Positions 33,280 to 44,700 of a stretch of 64,000 nt of DNA are shown one piece after another. Position 1 is the stretch's first letter; the number at the start of each line of letters is the position of its first letter. Under the pieces are notes generated by a model that saw only the letters and a list, made by a program, of their open reading frames with translations, did not search any database and had not been told where the DNA came from. The stretch is from Candidatus Latescibacterota bacterium (GTDB lineage Bacteria; Latescibacterota; UBA2968; UBA8231): NCBI GenBank assembly GCA_965197905.1, contig CBDAOB010000004.1:1696001-1760000 (forward strand). Direction: 5' to 3'. The position numbers and the translations under genes were made by a program.

Positions 33280-33909
33280 TCATTGATTGAAGAAGATGGC
33301 CAGCGGAATGATGCCGAATCCGCCGGCGATGACAATGCCCAGCAACACACTGACGGTTTTGAGTTTGGGACGCGCGCTCCAACCCAACGATTGAAAGGCG
33401 CTGTGAAACGCGTGCCAGAGGTGGAACCCCAAGACCAGCATGGCTATGACATACCATGCCACATAAAGCAGATCGCTGAAGGTTCCAACTACGAGATCGT
33501 ACAGCGTACCCCCTGCAAGATCGCCGTATTTGAAGGTCTTCAGATGGATGACCACAAACACCAGGATGACGAGCCCCGAGTAGATCATCGTATACGAGGC
33601 CGCACTCCGCCTGCCGACGGCCTTGGTTTTTACGTAGTTGCTGTTTCTAGCCCGCTTGCTGTCTCTGCTAACGCTGATTGCCAGGTAGACGTGGAGAAGG
33701 AAAATCGCCACCAAGCCAATCTCGACTGGAATCAGCAGTGGGTGACCGGTGAGAAAATCAGAGTAGGCGTTGAACTCCGCACCGCCGTCGGTCTTCAGCA
33801 GCAGCATGTTGCCGGCCATGTGGCCAAGTAGGAAGCCGTATAACAACAGACCGGTGACGGCCATTCCTATCTTTTTGCCAATCGAGGACGAGAACAGTGT
33901 TGTTCCCAT
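33280..33909 (-). CDS. sdhC: Succinate dehydrogenase cytochrome b558 subunit
   Basis: SSIGKK..MAVTG; five TM segments with conserved His residues; RBS AAGGAG. Confidence 0.88.
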   Translation of the reverse strand: MGTTLFSSSIGKKIGMAVTGLLLYGFLLGHMAGNMLLLKTDGGAEFNAYSDFLTGHPLLIPVEIGLVAIFLLHVYLAISVSRDSKRARNSNYVKTKAVGRRSAASYTMIYSGLVILVFVVIHLKTFKYGDLAGGTLYDLVVGTFSDLLYVAWYVIAMLVLGFHLWHAFHSAFQSLGWSARPKLKTVSVLLGIVIAGGFGIIPLAIFFNQ

Positions 33910-34074
33910 TGCGCTCCTTCCTATCCGCATTACCAGGCCGTATAACTAACCAATATTACCGTCCTAGTTCAAATTTTCCAGCGGCAACGACCGACAGCGC
34001 GGGTACCCCTCCTATCTTGCTAGTCAGGTTCTGAATGCGTACCCTTAGGACCTCTCATTCGCCGAGACACATAG

Positions 34075-35235
<1,161 letters not shown>

Positions 35236-35248
35236 AGCCGATTGATCC

Positions 35249-36118
35249 ATGACAATACTCGTTGACAACAATACCAGGGTACTAGTTCAGGGCATCACCG
35301 GCGGCGAGGGTTCGTTTCACGCCCGCCAGATGGTGGAATACGGAACCAATGTCGTCGGCGGCGTGACTCCTGGGAAGGGCGGACAAAGCTTTGAGAGCAT
35401 TCCGGTGTTCGACGGGGTGTCGCAGGCAGTCGACGCCACAAGTGCCAACGCGACCGTGATTTTCGTCCCGGAAGCATTTGCCGCCGATGCCATCATGGAA
35501 GCAGCCGACGCCGGCATCGCTCTGGTGGTGTGCGTGACCGAAGGCATTCCGACCGCCGATATGGTCAATGTGCACCAGTACCTGGAATCGCGACCGACCC
35601 GGCTCATCGGTCCCAACTGCCCCGGGATTATCTCCCCGGGCAAATGCAAGATCGGCATCATGCCCGGGTTCATCCACCAAGAAGGTGGCGTCGGTTTGAT
35701 CTCCCGCAGCGGCACCCTGACCTACGAAGCGGTAGGCCAGCTGAGCGAACGTGGAATCGGTCAATCTACCTGCATAGGAATCGGGGGCGATCCTATTATC
35801 GGCACGCATTTCGTCGACGCACTCACTTTGTTCCGCGACGACCCGGACACGGATGCGGTGGTGATGATCGGCGAAATCGGCGGCACGGCCGAAGAGGATG
35901 CCGCCGCGTATATCGCCGCCACCTACGACAAACCAGTCATCGGTTTCATCGCTGGCCGCACGGCGCCGCCCGGGCGTCGCATGGGCCATGCCGGCGCCAT
36001 CATCGCCGGCGGCAAGGGCACCGCTGCAGAGAAGATGGAAGCGATGACTAACGCCGGGATTCACGTCTGTGAGAGCCCGGCGGATATCGGCGCTACGGTA
36101 GAGCGGGTACTGGTCTAA
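35249..36118 (+). CDS. sucD: Succinyl-CoA synthetase alpha subunit
   Basis: [26 protein letters not shown]. Confidence 0.97.
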   Translation: MTILVDNNTRVLVQGITGGEGSFHARQMVEYGTNVVGGVTPGKGGQSFESIPVFDGVSQAVDATSANATVIFVPEAFAADAIMEAADAGIALVVCVTEGIPTADMVNVHQYLESRPTRLIGPNCPGIISPGKCKIGIMPGFIHQEGGVGLISRSGTLTYEAVGQLSERGIGQSTCIGIGGDPIIGTHFVDALTLFRDDPDTDAVVMIGEIGGTAEEDAAAYIAATYDKPVIGFIAGRTAPPGRRMGHAGAIIAGGKGTAAEKMEAMTNAGIHVCESPADIGATVERVLV

Positions 36119-36146
36119 TCCTTCACAACGTCGACTCGCCCAGCGG

Positions 36147-36980
36147 TTACGGCCGTGCCAAGCCGTAAGCCGCAGGGGACGGCAAGGGAACCAGAGTCGG
36201 TTGGCGTTTCAAGAGTAGAAGCCCGACCACGAAGATCACGCCAGCGGGAAACAGCAGAACCGCTGGCGCGGCAGCATCCCCGGCTAGAAGCTCGATCCCA
36301 AAATGGGTTTGCAGATTGAGGCCCACCAATGACACGAGATTATTAATCATGTGGGCGAGGATGGCCGGGTAGATGCTATGGGTCAGCCACACCAGCACCC
36401 CGAAGGTAAGGCCCAGTAGAAACACAGCGGGGAAATGCCACGGGTCGAGGTGAAAAGCCGCAAATAACAGGCTCGAGGCGAAAAGCGCGACGTGCGGTCC
36501 GCGGTAGAAACAAAGACCTGCAAAGACGAATCCCCGAAACGCCAATTCTTCCATAACCCCCGGCACCAGGACCACGACGGCCAACCCTTCTCCAAGTTCC
36601 CCTAAGGTCTCAACCACCTGAATCTTCAGCAGTAGCCGTTGTTGGTAGAGCGGGAACTCAGCGCCCAGGGTGTACATGAAATCGGTCAACGCGCTGTGGC
36701 TCTCCGCCACGAGCACACTGGCACTCGCCGCCACCAAAGCGCTGAGGGTTAGACTGCGTCCGGAGACGGCATTCAACAGCCAAACATCCGCCGGACTCAT
36801 CGCGTTTAGACGCATGTATCCGACGATGACGGCAAAGAAGCTGAACTCGGCGACCAGAAGCGCCAAGCGCGGTGGCACGCTGGCCACCGCCTCACTCAGT
36901 GCAACGCTTGCTACCAAGCTGGCAAGGAGGGCCGCAATATAGACTTGCAGGATCTGCCGCAGGCTCGGGAAAACGATCAT
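36147..36980 (-). CDS. CPBP (CAAX/Abi) family intramembrane metalloprotease
   Basis: EELAFRG, FAAFH and AHMINN motifs; multi-TM. Confidence 0.88.
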   Translation of the reverse strand: MIVFPSLRQILQVYIAALLASLVASVALSEAVASVPPRLALLVAEFSFFAVIVGYMRLNAMSPADVWLLNAVSGRSLTLSALVAASASVLVAESHSALTDFMYTLGAEFPLYQQRLLLKIQVVETLGELGEGLAVVVLVPGVMEELAFRGFVFAGLCFYRGPHVALFASSLLFAAFHLDPWHFPAVFLLGLTFGVLVWLTHSIYPAILAHMINNLVSLVGLNLQTHFGIELLAGDAAAPAVLLFPAGVIFVVGLLLLKRQPTLVPLPSPAAYGLARP

Positions 36981-37077
36981 CTTGGGTCAGGGGAAACCAC
37001 GCACCCAGTAGCTGACTTGCCGAGCGTCCGTCGACCTCACCGGATCCCGTGGAGGGTCCCGGTCCACAGGCGCTGCC

Positions 37078-37554
37078 CTAATGGGTGTGGGTCAAAAAGT
37101 GCAGCTTGCCATTGTGACAGGTGGCGCAGTTCACCGCCTGGCCTTGAGGTGGCAACGGGAGCCGTTTCTGGTGGACCTTGTCATCAGCGGTTTTGGCAGT
37201 CAGATAGATGCCCGCCGAATCACCTTTGGCGACAAATCGGGCGGTCAGATCGGTTTTCTTCTCGTCTTCAACCAAGGTTAGCTCGATCTGCCCTTTGTGG
37301 ACGAGGCTGTCCACAAAAGCGGTCTTCATGGACCTGGCAATCTCTTTTTCGGGTGTGTTTTTCGGGTACAGAATCTTGCCACCTTCTTTGACGTGGCAGT
37401 GCAGGCATTTCACGCCGAGAGATTTCGCGACCATCTTCATCGCTTTGAGGGTCGCCTTCTTGTTCTCACCGAAGATGGTTTTTCCGTCCTGGGCATACGC
37501 CGGAGCGATTGCCAAGACGATCGCGAAAGAGATAACGGACACCGCTTTACGCAC
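37078..37554 (-). CDS. Secreted diheme c-type cytochrome (PufC/RC-cytochrome-like pattern)
   Basis: Signal peptide (AYA); CLHCH and CATCH; LGVxC and ARxM motifs; GTG start after AAGGAG. Confidence 0.78.
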   Translation of the reverse strand: MRKAVSVISFAIVLAIAPAYAQDGKTIFGENKKATLKAMKMVAKSLGVKCLHCHVKEGGKILYPKNTPEKEIARSMKTAFVDSLVHKGQIELTLVEDEKKTDLTARFVAKGDSAGIYLTAKTADDKVHQKRLPLPPQGQAVNCATCHNGKLHFLTHTH

Positions 37555-37639
37555 GGAGCACTCCTTTCTGAAATCCGAAAAACGGTTCACAATCTACGCA
37601 AGCGCCGGTGCGAGGGAAAGTCCAAAACCACGATCCCAC

Positions 37640-38602
37640 CTACGACGAAGGATCCCGTTGTTTCTTGCGATCCATGGCGCGCACATACGCCCGCGTTCGG
37701 TGGCACCACAGCAGGTAGTCGAAGAAAATCGACGGAACGGGCCCCCGCGGTAAGCACCGAAGCAGGAGCGCAACCGGCACCTGAACAAGGGGCGAAAGCG
37801 CCAGTTGATGCGCCCACCTGACAGGAGCGCTGGGATCCATCAGAAAGCTCAATCGCAACAAAGATGCCAACTCCGGGTGTTTCTCCAGGATGAAGGGTAT
37901 CGATTCCGCCCCGTAGGCGCTCATCAGATCGCACAACTCTGCCAGGCTGCGAAGTTCGTGGTGGTTGGATATGGCGGTCGCTTCGTAATAGAAGGCAACG
38001 CCCGCGGACGACAGCCGATAGCCCAACTCCAGATCTTCACCGCCATAAGCGTGGAAGTCTTCGTCGAATAGGCCGACAGTCACCAACGACTGCCGTCTAA
38101 TCGATGAGTTCCCGGTGACGAAGCAGTTGTAGGGCACCACGCTGCCCGATTCAAACCGGTGCACGCCACGTCCTTCGATATAACGAAACAGGGCGTTAGG
38201 TCGGATACTCGTGGCAAAACGGATATTGCCGATACAGACGCAGCTGGCCTCGTGGATCTGGTGAAAGGACTTGTGGGAATGCAGAAAATCCGGCTCAACG
38301 GTCATGTCCCCATCCAGAAACACCACCACCTCCCCGCGGGCGGCGCGTATCCCTGAATTCCGCGCTTTGGCGCGCCCCTGGTTGACCTCGTGTCGTCGCA
38401 ACAACAGCTGAAACGGTTCGGCAATTGCGCGGAGCTCTTCCACCGTTAGAGCGGGAAGACTGCCGTCGTCGACCACAACGATCTCCACATCCGCCGCCGG
38501 AAACTGTTGCTGAGCCAGACTGTCCAGGGTTGCCCGCAGCCGCGCGGGTTCATTGTAGGTCGGGACGACCACGCTGAGGAACGGTTTCAAAGCGACGGGC
38601 AC
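37640..38602 (-). CDS. Glycosyltransferase family 2
   Basis: SVVVPTYN, VVDDGS, FLDGD, GEDLELG. Confidence 0.9.
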   Translation of the reverse strand: MPVALKPFLSVVVPTYNEPARLRATLDSLAQQQFPAADVEIVVVDDGSLPALTVEELRAIAEPFQLLLRRHEVNQGRAKARNSGIRAARGEVVVFLDGDMTVEPDFLHSHKSFHQIHEASCVCIGNIRFATSIRPNALFRYIEGRGVHRFESGSVVPYNCFVTGNSSIRRQSLVTVGLFDEDFHAYGGEDLELGYRLSSAGVAFYYEATAISNHHELRSLAELCDLMSAYGAESIPFILEKHPELASLLRLSFLMDPSAPVRWAHQLALSPLVQVPVALLLRCLPRGPVPSIFFDYLLWCHRTRAYVRAMDRKKQRDPSS

Positions 38603-38607
38603 GGTGG

Positions 38608-39726
38608 TCAAAAACGGGCGTAAAGAGCGGTCAGCTTCTCCACCTCGTGCTCCCAACTGTAGGTGCGGGCCGCCACTCGAGCTGCCTCGGCATAGCGAGC
38701 CATACGGTCGGTATCCGCGATCAAGAGATTGACCTGCTCGGCAACTGCGGCGGGATCCCGTGGGTCGGCCAGGATGCCGGCGCCGCTGTTGCGAACGACG
38801 GGGCCTATTTCCGGAAAGTCACTGGCAACTACAGGCAAACCGGCCATGAAGTACTCGAACAGCTTGTTGGGCATGGAATAAAAGAAACTCTTGCCGCTGT
38901 TCTTGATCAGGCACAACCCTACATCGGCAGAGCAGGTGTACTCATGGAGCTCGGCAAACGGAACTCGGGGCAGAAAAAACACCGAGTTGCCCAACCGGCG
39001 CTGGTCGACTTTCTGCCTGAGCTCGGGCTCGCAAGGCCCGCCGCCCATAAGTACGAGCACAGACTTGTCGAACAGTGCGGCCGCATCGATCTGTTCTAGC
39101 AGGCCATTTTCGGTCAAGAACCCACCTTGATACAGGATTACCGGACGCTGGTCGTCCAATCCCAATGTTTCTCTAATGCGGTTGCTGGCGACAGGATCCC
39201 GGAACACGGGCAGATTTCGCAGGACCGTAACCCTATCTAGTCGATAACGCTTCTCCAGCGCCGCTTTGATCCCCTTGCTGACGGTAATCGTATGGTGAAC
39301 CTTTCGTACCAGACGTTGCTCCAGCCAACTCCAGAACCGCTGAATGGTGGGACGGCTGACAACCCCGGACTGTTCTGTCCAGAATTCGTGGGAGTCGTAG
39401 ACCAACAGGGAACCTTGGCGGGTTGCCACCCGCGCCGCGGGCCACAGGGCATCCAGGTCGTGGGCGTGGTAGACATCGGCTGACAGCGAAGGTAGAGCCC
39501 GTGCGGCCTGCCACCAAAAGGATGGGTACAGGAGGCGTAGGGAGCGCCTGCGGTCCACCGGTATTAGACGAGTCTCGAAACGCCGCCACGGCGCTGAGGT
39601 AATTGCACCCGAGAACGATGAAGAGACGATGGATACGCGATGGCCAGCGTCCTGCAGAGCCGTCGCCTCCCGGTAGATCCGCGCGTCGAAACGCAGGTCC
39701 GTAAAGGCGACCATACACACATGCAT
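38608..39726 (-). CDS. Glycosyltransferase family 4
   Basis: YHAHD, YDSHE, PNKLFEYFMAGLPVVASD. Confidence 0.9.
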   Translation of the reverse strand: MHVCMVAFTDLRFDARIYREATALQDAGHRVSIVSSSFSGAITSAPWRRFETRLIPVDRRRSLRLLYPSFWWQAARALPSLSADVYHAHDLDALWPAARVATRQGSLLVYDSHEFWTEQSGVVSRPTIQRFWSWLEQRLVRKVHHTITVSKGIKAALEKRYRLDRVTVLRNLPVFRDPVASNRIRETLGLDDQRPVILYQGGFLTENGLLEQIDAAALFDKSVLVLMGGGPCEPELRQKVDQRRLGNSVFFLPRVPFAELHEYTCSADVGLCLIKNSGKSFFYSMPNKLFEYFMAGLPVVASDFPEIGPVVRNSGAGILADPRDPAAVAEQVNLLIADTDRMARYAEAARVAARTYSWEHEVEKLTALYARF

Positions 39727-39770
39727 GGTCGAAACTAGAGGGGGGACATCAAGACAAGGCGGGCAGGGAT

Positions 39771-39804
39771 AAAAAAGCAGTCCATCCGATGAAAGATGAA
39801 CTGC
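39771..39804 (-). terminator. Rho-independent terminator of the candidate ncRNA
   Basis: Minus strand GCAGTTCATC-8nt-GATGGACTGC followed by T6. Confidence 0.8.
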
Positions 39805-39986
39805 TCATTCGAGAAAATCAAGAGTGTGGCGATCGTGCGGTGTGTGATCGAGAGCCGCAGACGAGACCTTCAAACGAGGCGGTGTGGGGAGGTATTACTT
39901 TGAAGATCCCGATACCCGAAAAGGGGAATTCGAGTTCTGCGGCACTTCCCGATCATTAGTCACACGCTCAGCGGATCGCCACACTC
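39771..39986 (-). ncRNA. Candidate structured ncRNA (~215 nt, rod-like)
   Basis: 13-bp perfect closing stem 39822-39834/39974-39986 and nested stems. G-U pairs work only on the minus strand. TATAAT lies 6 nt upstream and a terminator downstream. Confidence 0.68.
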
Positions 39987-39992
39987 GAAGCA

Positions 39993-40157
39993 ATTATACA
40001 CTTTTTTGTGTGCGCTACGAAACGTGAACGTATTGCGACTTGCCTACGGTCGACACACAATTTACACACCCCACTGTGTATTGTCAAGAAGAATCTGGGG
40101 CTGATCCACTCACAACCTCAGAGAGAAAATGACACAAAACTGTGTATGCCTTATTAT
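39993..40157. promoter_or_regulatory. Three ACAC-N6-GTGT operators overlapping three sigma70-like promoters
   Basis: Operators at 39998-40011, 40066-40079, 40132-40145. Minus promoters: TATAAT (39998-39993) and TTGACA-N17-TAAATT (40087-40059). Plus promoter: ATGACA-N17-TATTAT (40129-40157). Confidence 0.7.
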
Positions 40158-40204
40158 AGGTAGCGGGCATTCCTCTACATTACATAAAACCAGACGGTAG
40201 AGAC

Positions 40205-40723
40205 ATGGCATTTGCTGAAATAATAAAGAAAGCACGCAAGCGGTTGCGGCTAAGCCAAGCCAGCCTTGGTGGGGAGATCGGGGTGTGGAACACCTACGTC
40301 GGACAGATCGAGAAGGGGGAAAAGGTCCCCTCAGATGAGGTGGTCATAAAACTCGGGAAGGTTCTCGACCTCAACCTGAACGAGTTATTATTGTCAGCGT
40401 ACAAAGCAAAGGCCGACTCGGCCGAAGCACAAAGCCTGTTCACCCAAATGGAAACCGCACTCAACGACCCTGTACTGCAACAGATCGTTTCTTCCACCAA
40501 CCCCATACACCCGGGCGTACTGGCCGCTTTGAGCGACGAGAATATTCGCGCCGCCCTCACCCAAGAAACATGGAGAGAAAGTTTCTCTCGGTGTTACCGA
40601 ATAAACAGCCGCAAAAAACGGAATATTCAGGCGCTGTTGGCGTTGGTGGAAGCGATGAACGACAAACAGTATTCAGCGATGATGAATCTTTTAGAAGCTA
40701 TGGAGCTAGAAGCAGGAGAGTAA
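40205..40723 (+). CDS. XRE-family HTH transcriptional regulator
   Basis: ARKRLRLSQASLG...YVGQIEKGEKVPS HTH_3 pattern; unrecognised C-terminal domain. Confidence 0.88.
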   Translation: MAFAEIIKKARKRLRLSQASLGGEIGVWNTYVGQIEKGEKVPSDEVVIKLGKVLDLNLNELLLSAYKAKADSAEAQSLFTQMETALNDPVLQQIVSSTNPIHPGVLAALSDENIRAALTQETWRESFSRCYRINSRKKRNIQALLALVEAMNDKQYSAMMNLLEAMELEAGE

Positions 40724-40726
40724 TTC

Positions 40727-41257
40727 TTACGGGGTCTGGGGTGCGGCTTCTGCGGCCAAACGCGCTGCTTCTTGTGCCAATCGATCCGCCTCCCGGTTGG
40801 AAAGGACCGACAACACCTTTTCGCGAACGAACGGATTTGGATCGCGCACTGCGGAAAATAGGTACTTATTGCCGTATTTTTCCTCCATCCTGCCCAGTTT
40901 CTCGATGACTTGAAGGCGGATTCCGGGATCCCTGTCTTTGAGCGCTACGCCGAACACTCTGGCCACTTCCTTTTTGGTGCTTTCCCTATCACTCTCGCTC
41001 AGAACGCCCAAAAGCTCAATCGCCTGTGCCCGGACCGCGACGTCGCGATCTCTGAGGGCTCGAGACAGCACTTCCGTAGTGGCGATCTTCTTCTCCGCAC
41101 CAAGCAGAGGAACGAACTTTATGGGTGGCAACGTACGCAAGCTGCAGGCCCCTAGTACAAACCACAACAGGCACAGGACGCCCGCTAAACCTGGATGACG
41201 GTAAACCGGCCGCGGGCAGTTGGCTTTTCCTACTCGACTGAAACGATGCAAGGTCAT
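40727..41257 (-). CDS. HEAT-repeat (lipo)protein
   Basis: LGAC lipobox; repeats ALRDRDVAVR, ALKDRDPGIR, AVRDPNPFVR. Confidence 0.75.
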   Translation of the reverse strand: MTLHRFSRVGKANCPRPVYRHPGLAGVLCLLWFVLGACSLRTLPPIKFVPLLGAEKKIATTEVLSRALRDRDVAVRAQAIELLGVLSESDRESTKKEVARVFGVALKDRDPGIRLQVIEKLGRMEEKYGNKYLFSAVRDPNPFVREKVLSVLSNREADRLAQEAARLAAEAAPQTP

Positions 41258-41458
41258 ATAGTTAATATCGGTCGTTACCGTAGGTTCTAAAGTCTGGGGA
41301 ACCACGGCGCCGTCGCGAACGTCTACGGCGCAGCAAACCAGCATCGCCAGCGCTTTTGGTGGAGCGCCCAGCTGCCGGTTGGCGCCGTTTTCCTCCTACT
41401 CCACTACGACCAGCTGGCCGTACTTAGAATTAATGGCTGGTCTCCGTCACTGAGCGCT

Positions 41459-41797
41459 TTGCCGCCGCTGGTCAGCGTCCACGGGTTCGCGGCTGCGCTC
41501 TTGCTGATTCTTTGTTTGAGCGGCACCTGGAATTGTCGCGACTGGCGCCGCGACCCACGGCACGGGCTCTTGCTTTTGTCCGCAATTTCGCCGCTACTAG
41601 CCTGGCTGTTTTTTCCCGGTCAGCTGTTGATGCTCTTGTCGTTGCCGGCGCTGTTGGTACTGACTTCCATGGGATCCGACTCTACCCGCAATGGATTCGT
41701 CAGCTGCTGTGGAGCGCCCTGGTTGTGGTGTACGGCGCAGATTATTGGCGCATGTTTGGAAGCGGCTGATTTCGGACGCTCCACCTCCTGGAGTTGA
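41459..41797 (+). CDS. Hypothetical membrane protein
   Basis: Hydrophobic ORF whose stop abuts the hrpA start; the frame is open further upstream, to about 41294. Confidence 0.4.
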   Translation: MPPLVSVHGFAAALLLILCLSGTWNCRDWRRDPRHGLLLLSAISPLLAWLFFPGQLLMLLSLPALLVLTSMGSDSTRNGFVSCCGAPWLWCTAQIIGACLEAADFGRSTSWS

Positions 41798-41798
41798 C

Positions 41799-44700
41799 AT
41801 GTCCCCCTTTTCCAGCTTCGACCCCATGCCCGACTCGGCTAGCCATCCGGATACCACCCTCGCTGAACTGCGCGAGCGTTTATCCACGTGTATGCTCCTG
41901 GATCGGGCTCGCATAGAACGGCGACTTCAGCGACTCGACCGCCACAAAGACCGGGCGAAGGAACTCGGCATTCTGCAGGAAAAGGTCGAGCAGTCACTCC
42001 GTTTGCTTGAGCGCCGGCGGCGGGGGCTGCCGCCAACAAGCTATCCCGAGGAGCTGCCTGTCAGCTCGCGCCGCGCCGAGATTCAACGCGCCATTGAAGA
42101 AAACCAGGTCGTGGTGGTCGCTGGCGACACGGGGTCCGGCAAGTCGACGCAGCTGTCCAAGATCTGTCTGGATGCGGGGCGTGGTGTGCTGGGAAAGATC
42201 GCCTGCACCCAGCCGCGTCGAGTAGCGGCCCTCTCGGTGTCGCGGCGAATCGCTGAGGAGCTGGGCGTAGCTTGGGGACGGGAAATCGGGAGCAAGATTC
42301 GCTTTAAAGACCACACCGCCCCCGAGACCTACATCAAGATGGTGACCGACGGCATCCTCCTGGCAGAGATACAGGGAGACGCGGATTTGTTGGAGTACGA
42401 TACCATCATCGTCGACGAAGCCCATGAGCGCAGCTTGAACATCGATTTCCTCATCGGCTATCTGCGTCTGCTGCGTCGGCGCCGTCCCGACTTGAAGATT
42501 GTCATTACCTCTGCAACCATCGATACGGAAGCGTTCTCGGAGGCATTTGACCAAGCCCCGGTAATCCAGGTGCACGGGCGAATGTTCCCGGTTGAGGTCA
42601 GGTACTGGCCCCTGGAAGAACTGCTCGAGAACCGCGAAGAGTACACCTACATCGACGCCGTGCTCACTGCGGTGGAACAGACCCTTCAGGAAACTCGGGA
42701 AGGGGATGTGTTGGTGTTCCTACCGGGGGAAAACGACATCCTCGAGACCCGCGACCGCCTACGGGACCGCGCCGAAGGGGTGGAGATTCTACCTTTGTTT
42801 GGACGCTTGTCCGCCGCCGACCAACAGCGCATTTTTCGGCGCGGAGACCGCCGGCGCATCGTATTGTCCACCAACGTCGCGGAAACCTCGTTGACAGTTC
42901 CGGGCATTCGTTACGTGGTCGATACGGGCATGGCTCGCATCAGCCGCTACAATGCCCGCACCCACACTCATCGGTTGCCCATCGAACCGGTGTCGCAGAG
43001 TTCGGCGGATCAGCGCAAGGGTCGCTGCGGTCGGCTCGAGGGCGGCATCTGCATTCGGCTCTACGGGGAAGAAGATTTTGAGTCGCGTCCCCGATTCACC
43101 TCTCCCGAACTGCAGCGGGCCAACCTCGCGGACGTGATTCTGCGCATGTTGGCCCAGCGGATCGGCGACGTGCGCACGTTTCCCTTTCTGGACCCTCCCG
43201 GGGAACAGGCGATCCAGGGGGGCATCCAGCAGCTCCAGGAGCTGGGGGCCCTAGACCAGCGCCAACGACTCACCCGCTTGGGTCGGCGTATGGCGCGGAT
43301 GCCGATTGCGCCCACTGTGGCCCGCATGGTGCTGCAGGCAGACCAGGAAGGGGTACTGGGAAGAGGTGCTGGTGGTGGCGGCGGCCATCAGCGTGCAGGA
43401 CCCCCGCGAACGGCCGATGGAGCTGAAGGCTCAAGCGGATGAAATGCACCAGCGCTGCGTGCATCCCGAGTCCGACTTCCTCACCCTGACCAACATATGG
43501 AACGCCTATCGCGGATTGGGGGGGCGGCCGACCCAGGGCCACATGCGCCGGTTCTGCAAACAAAACTTCCTGTCGTTCATGCGGATGCGGGAATGGCACG
43601 ACGTCCACCAGCAGATCAAGGAGACCCTGCGCGAGCTGGGCGGTTTCAAGTGGGGCGGGGGTAAATCGAGCTACGAGGGTGTGCACCGTTCAGTGCTTAG
43701 CGGCCTCTTGAGCAACGTCGCCTTGAAGCATGAACGGAATCTCTACCGCGCCGCCCGTGGCCGTGAGGTGATGATCTTTCCCGGCTCGGGCTTGTTCGTG
43801 CGCGGGGACGCCAAGAAATCGGCCAGTCCAGAGTGGATCGTCGCCGCCGAAATGGTCGAGACATCGCGGCTGTTCGCGCGAACGGTGGCGCGCATCCAGC
43901 CGGAATGGCTCGAAGACCTGGGCACCCACCTGTGCCGTTACTCCCACAAGGAACCGTATTACAACGCGCGCTCGGCGCGGGTGCTGGTGCGCGAGACGGT
44001 AACCTTGCATGGGTTGGAGGTGCTGCAGCGGCGCGTACCGTTCAAACGGATCGATCCCGGAGCGGCGACCGAGATTTTTATTCGCGCGGCCCTGGTTCCG
44101 GGCGTGTTGCGAACCCCGCATCGGTTCCTTGAAAAGAACCTGGAACTGCAAAACAAGGTGGAAACGTGGCAGACGCGCATACGGGAATACCACGGTCTGG
44201 ACGTAGAGGAATCCGCCTTCCAGTTCTCCGCCGCCCGCCTGGAGGATGTTTCATCGGTGCACGATCTGAACCGGGTAGTGCGCGACCGCATTTCCGACGA
44301 CGCGGATTTTCTCACCATGAGCGAGCGCGACTTGGTGGGCACTCGGGACACGGCCGTCAACAGGGTGTCTTTCCCGGATTTCCTGCAGGTGGAAGGCCGT
44401 CAGCTTCCCCTGAGCTACACCTATAGCCCCGGCGCGGAAGAGGACGGGCTGACCCTCGCGCTGCCGTATAAAATGGTGGAAGCCGTCGACCCGGAGGTGC
44501 TCGAGTGGCTCGTTCCGGGGTTTCTGGAGGAGAAGGTGGTCCACCTCCTGCGATCGCTTCCCAAAGCGCTGCGCCGGCAGCTGATCCCCATCCCGCAGAA
44601 AGCCCGCGAGATCGCCGCGGACCTGCGGCCGGACGGAGGGCTGTTCATGGAGACCTTGGCGGCGTTTATCGAGAGCCGCTACGGACTGCGGATCTCACCC

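Noticed and set aside
37078..37554. Evidence of phototrophy
   Set aside because: Only a small diheme protein is present; there are no puf or bch genes.
39874..39960. 28-aa minus-strand ORF (MIGKCRR...) as a Cro equivalent
   Set aside because: It has no RBS and no HTH, and it is buried in the paired stem.
39822..39986. Retron msr/msd (terminal inverted repeats like a1/a2)
   Set aside because: There is no reverse transcriptase gene in the window, and the fold is a continuous rod.
39822..39986. Confident 6S RNA call
   Set aside because: My hand fold gives a one-sided bulge rather than a two-sided central bubble, and the usual synteny is absent. It cannot be excluded without cmscan.
40205..40723. 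Prophage immunity region
   Set aside because: No integrase, att site or structural/replication genes, and no S24 peptidase domain.
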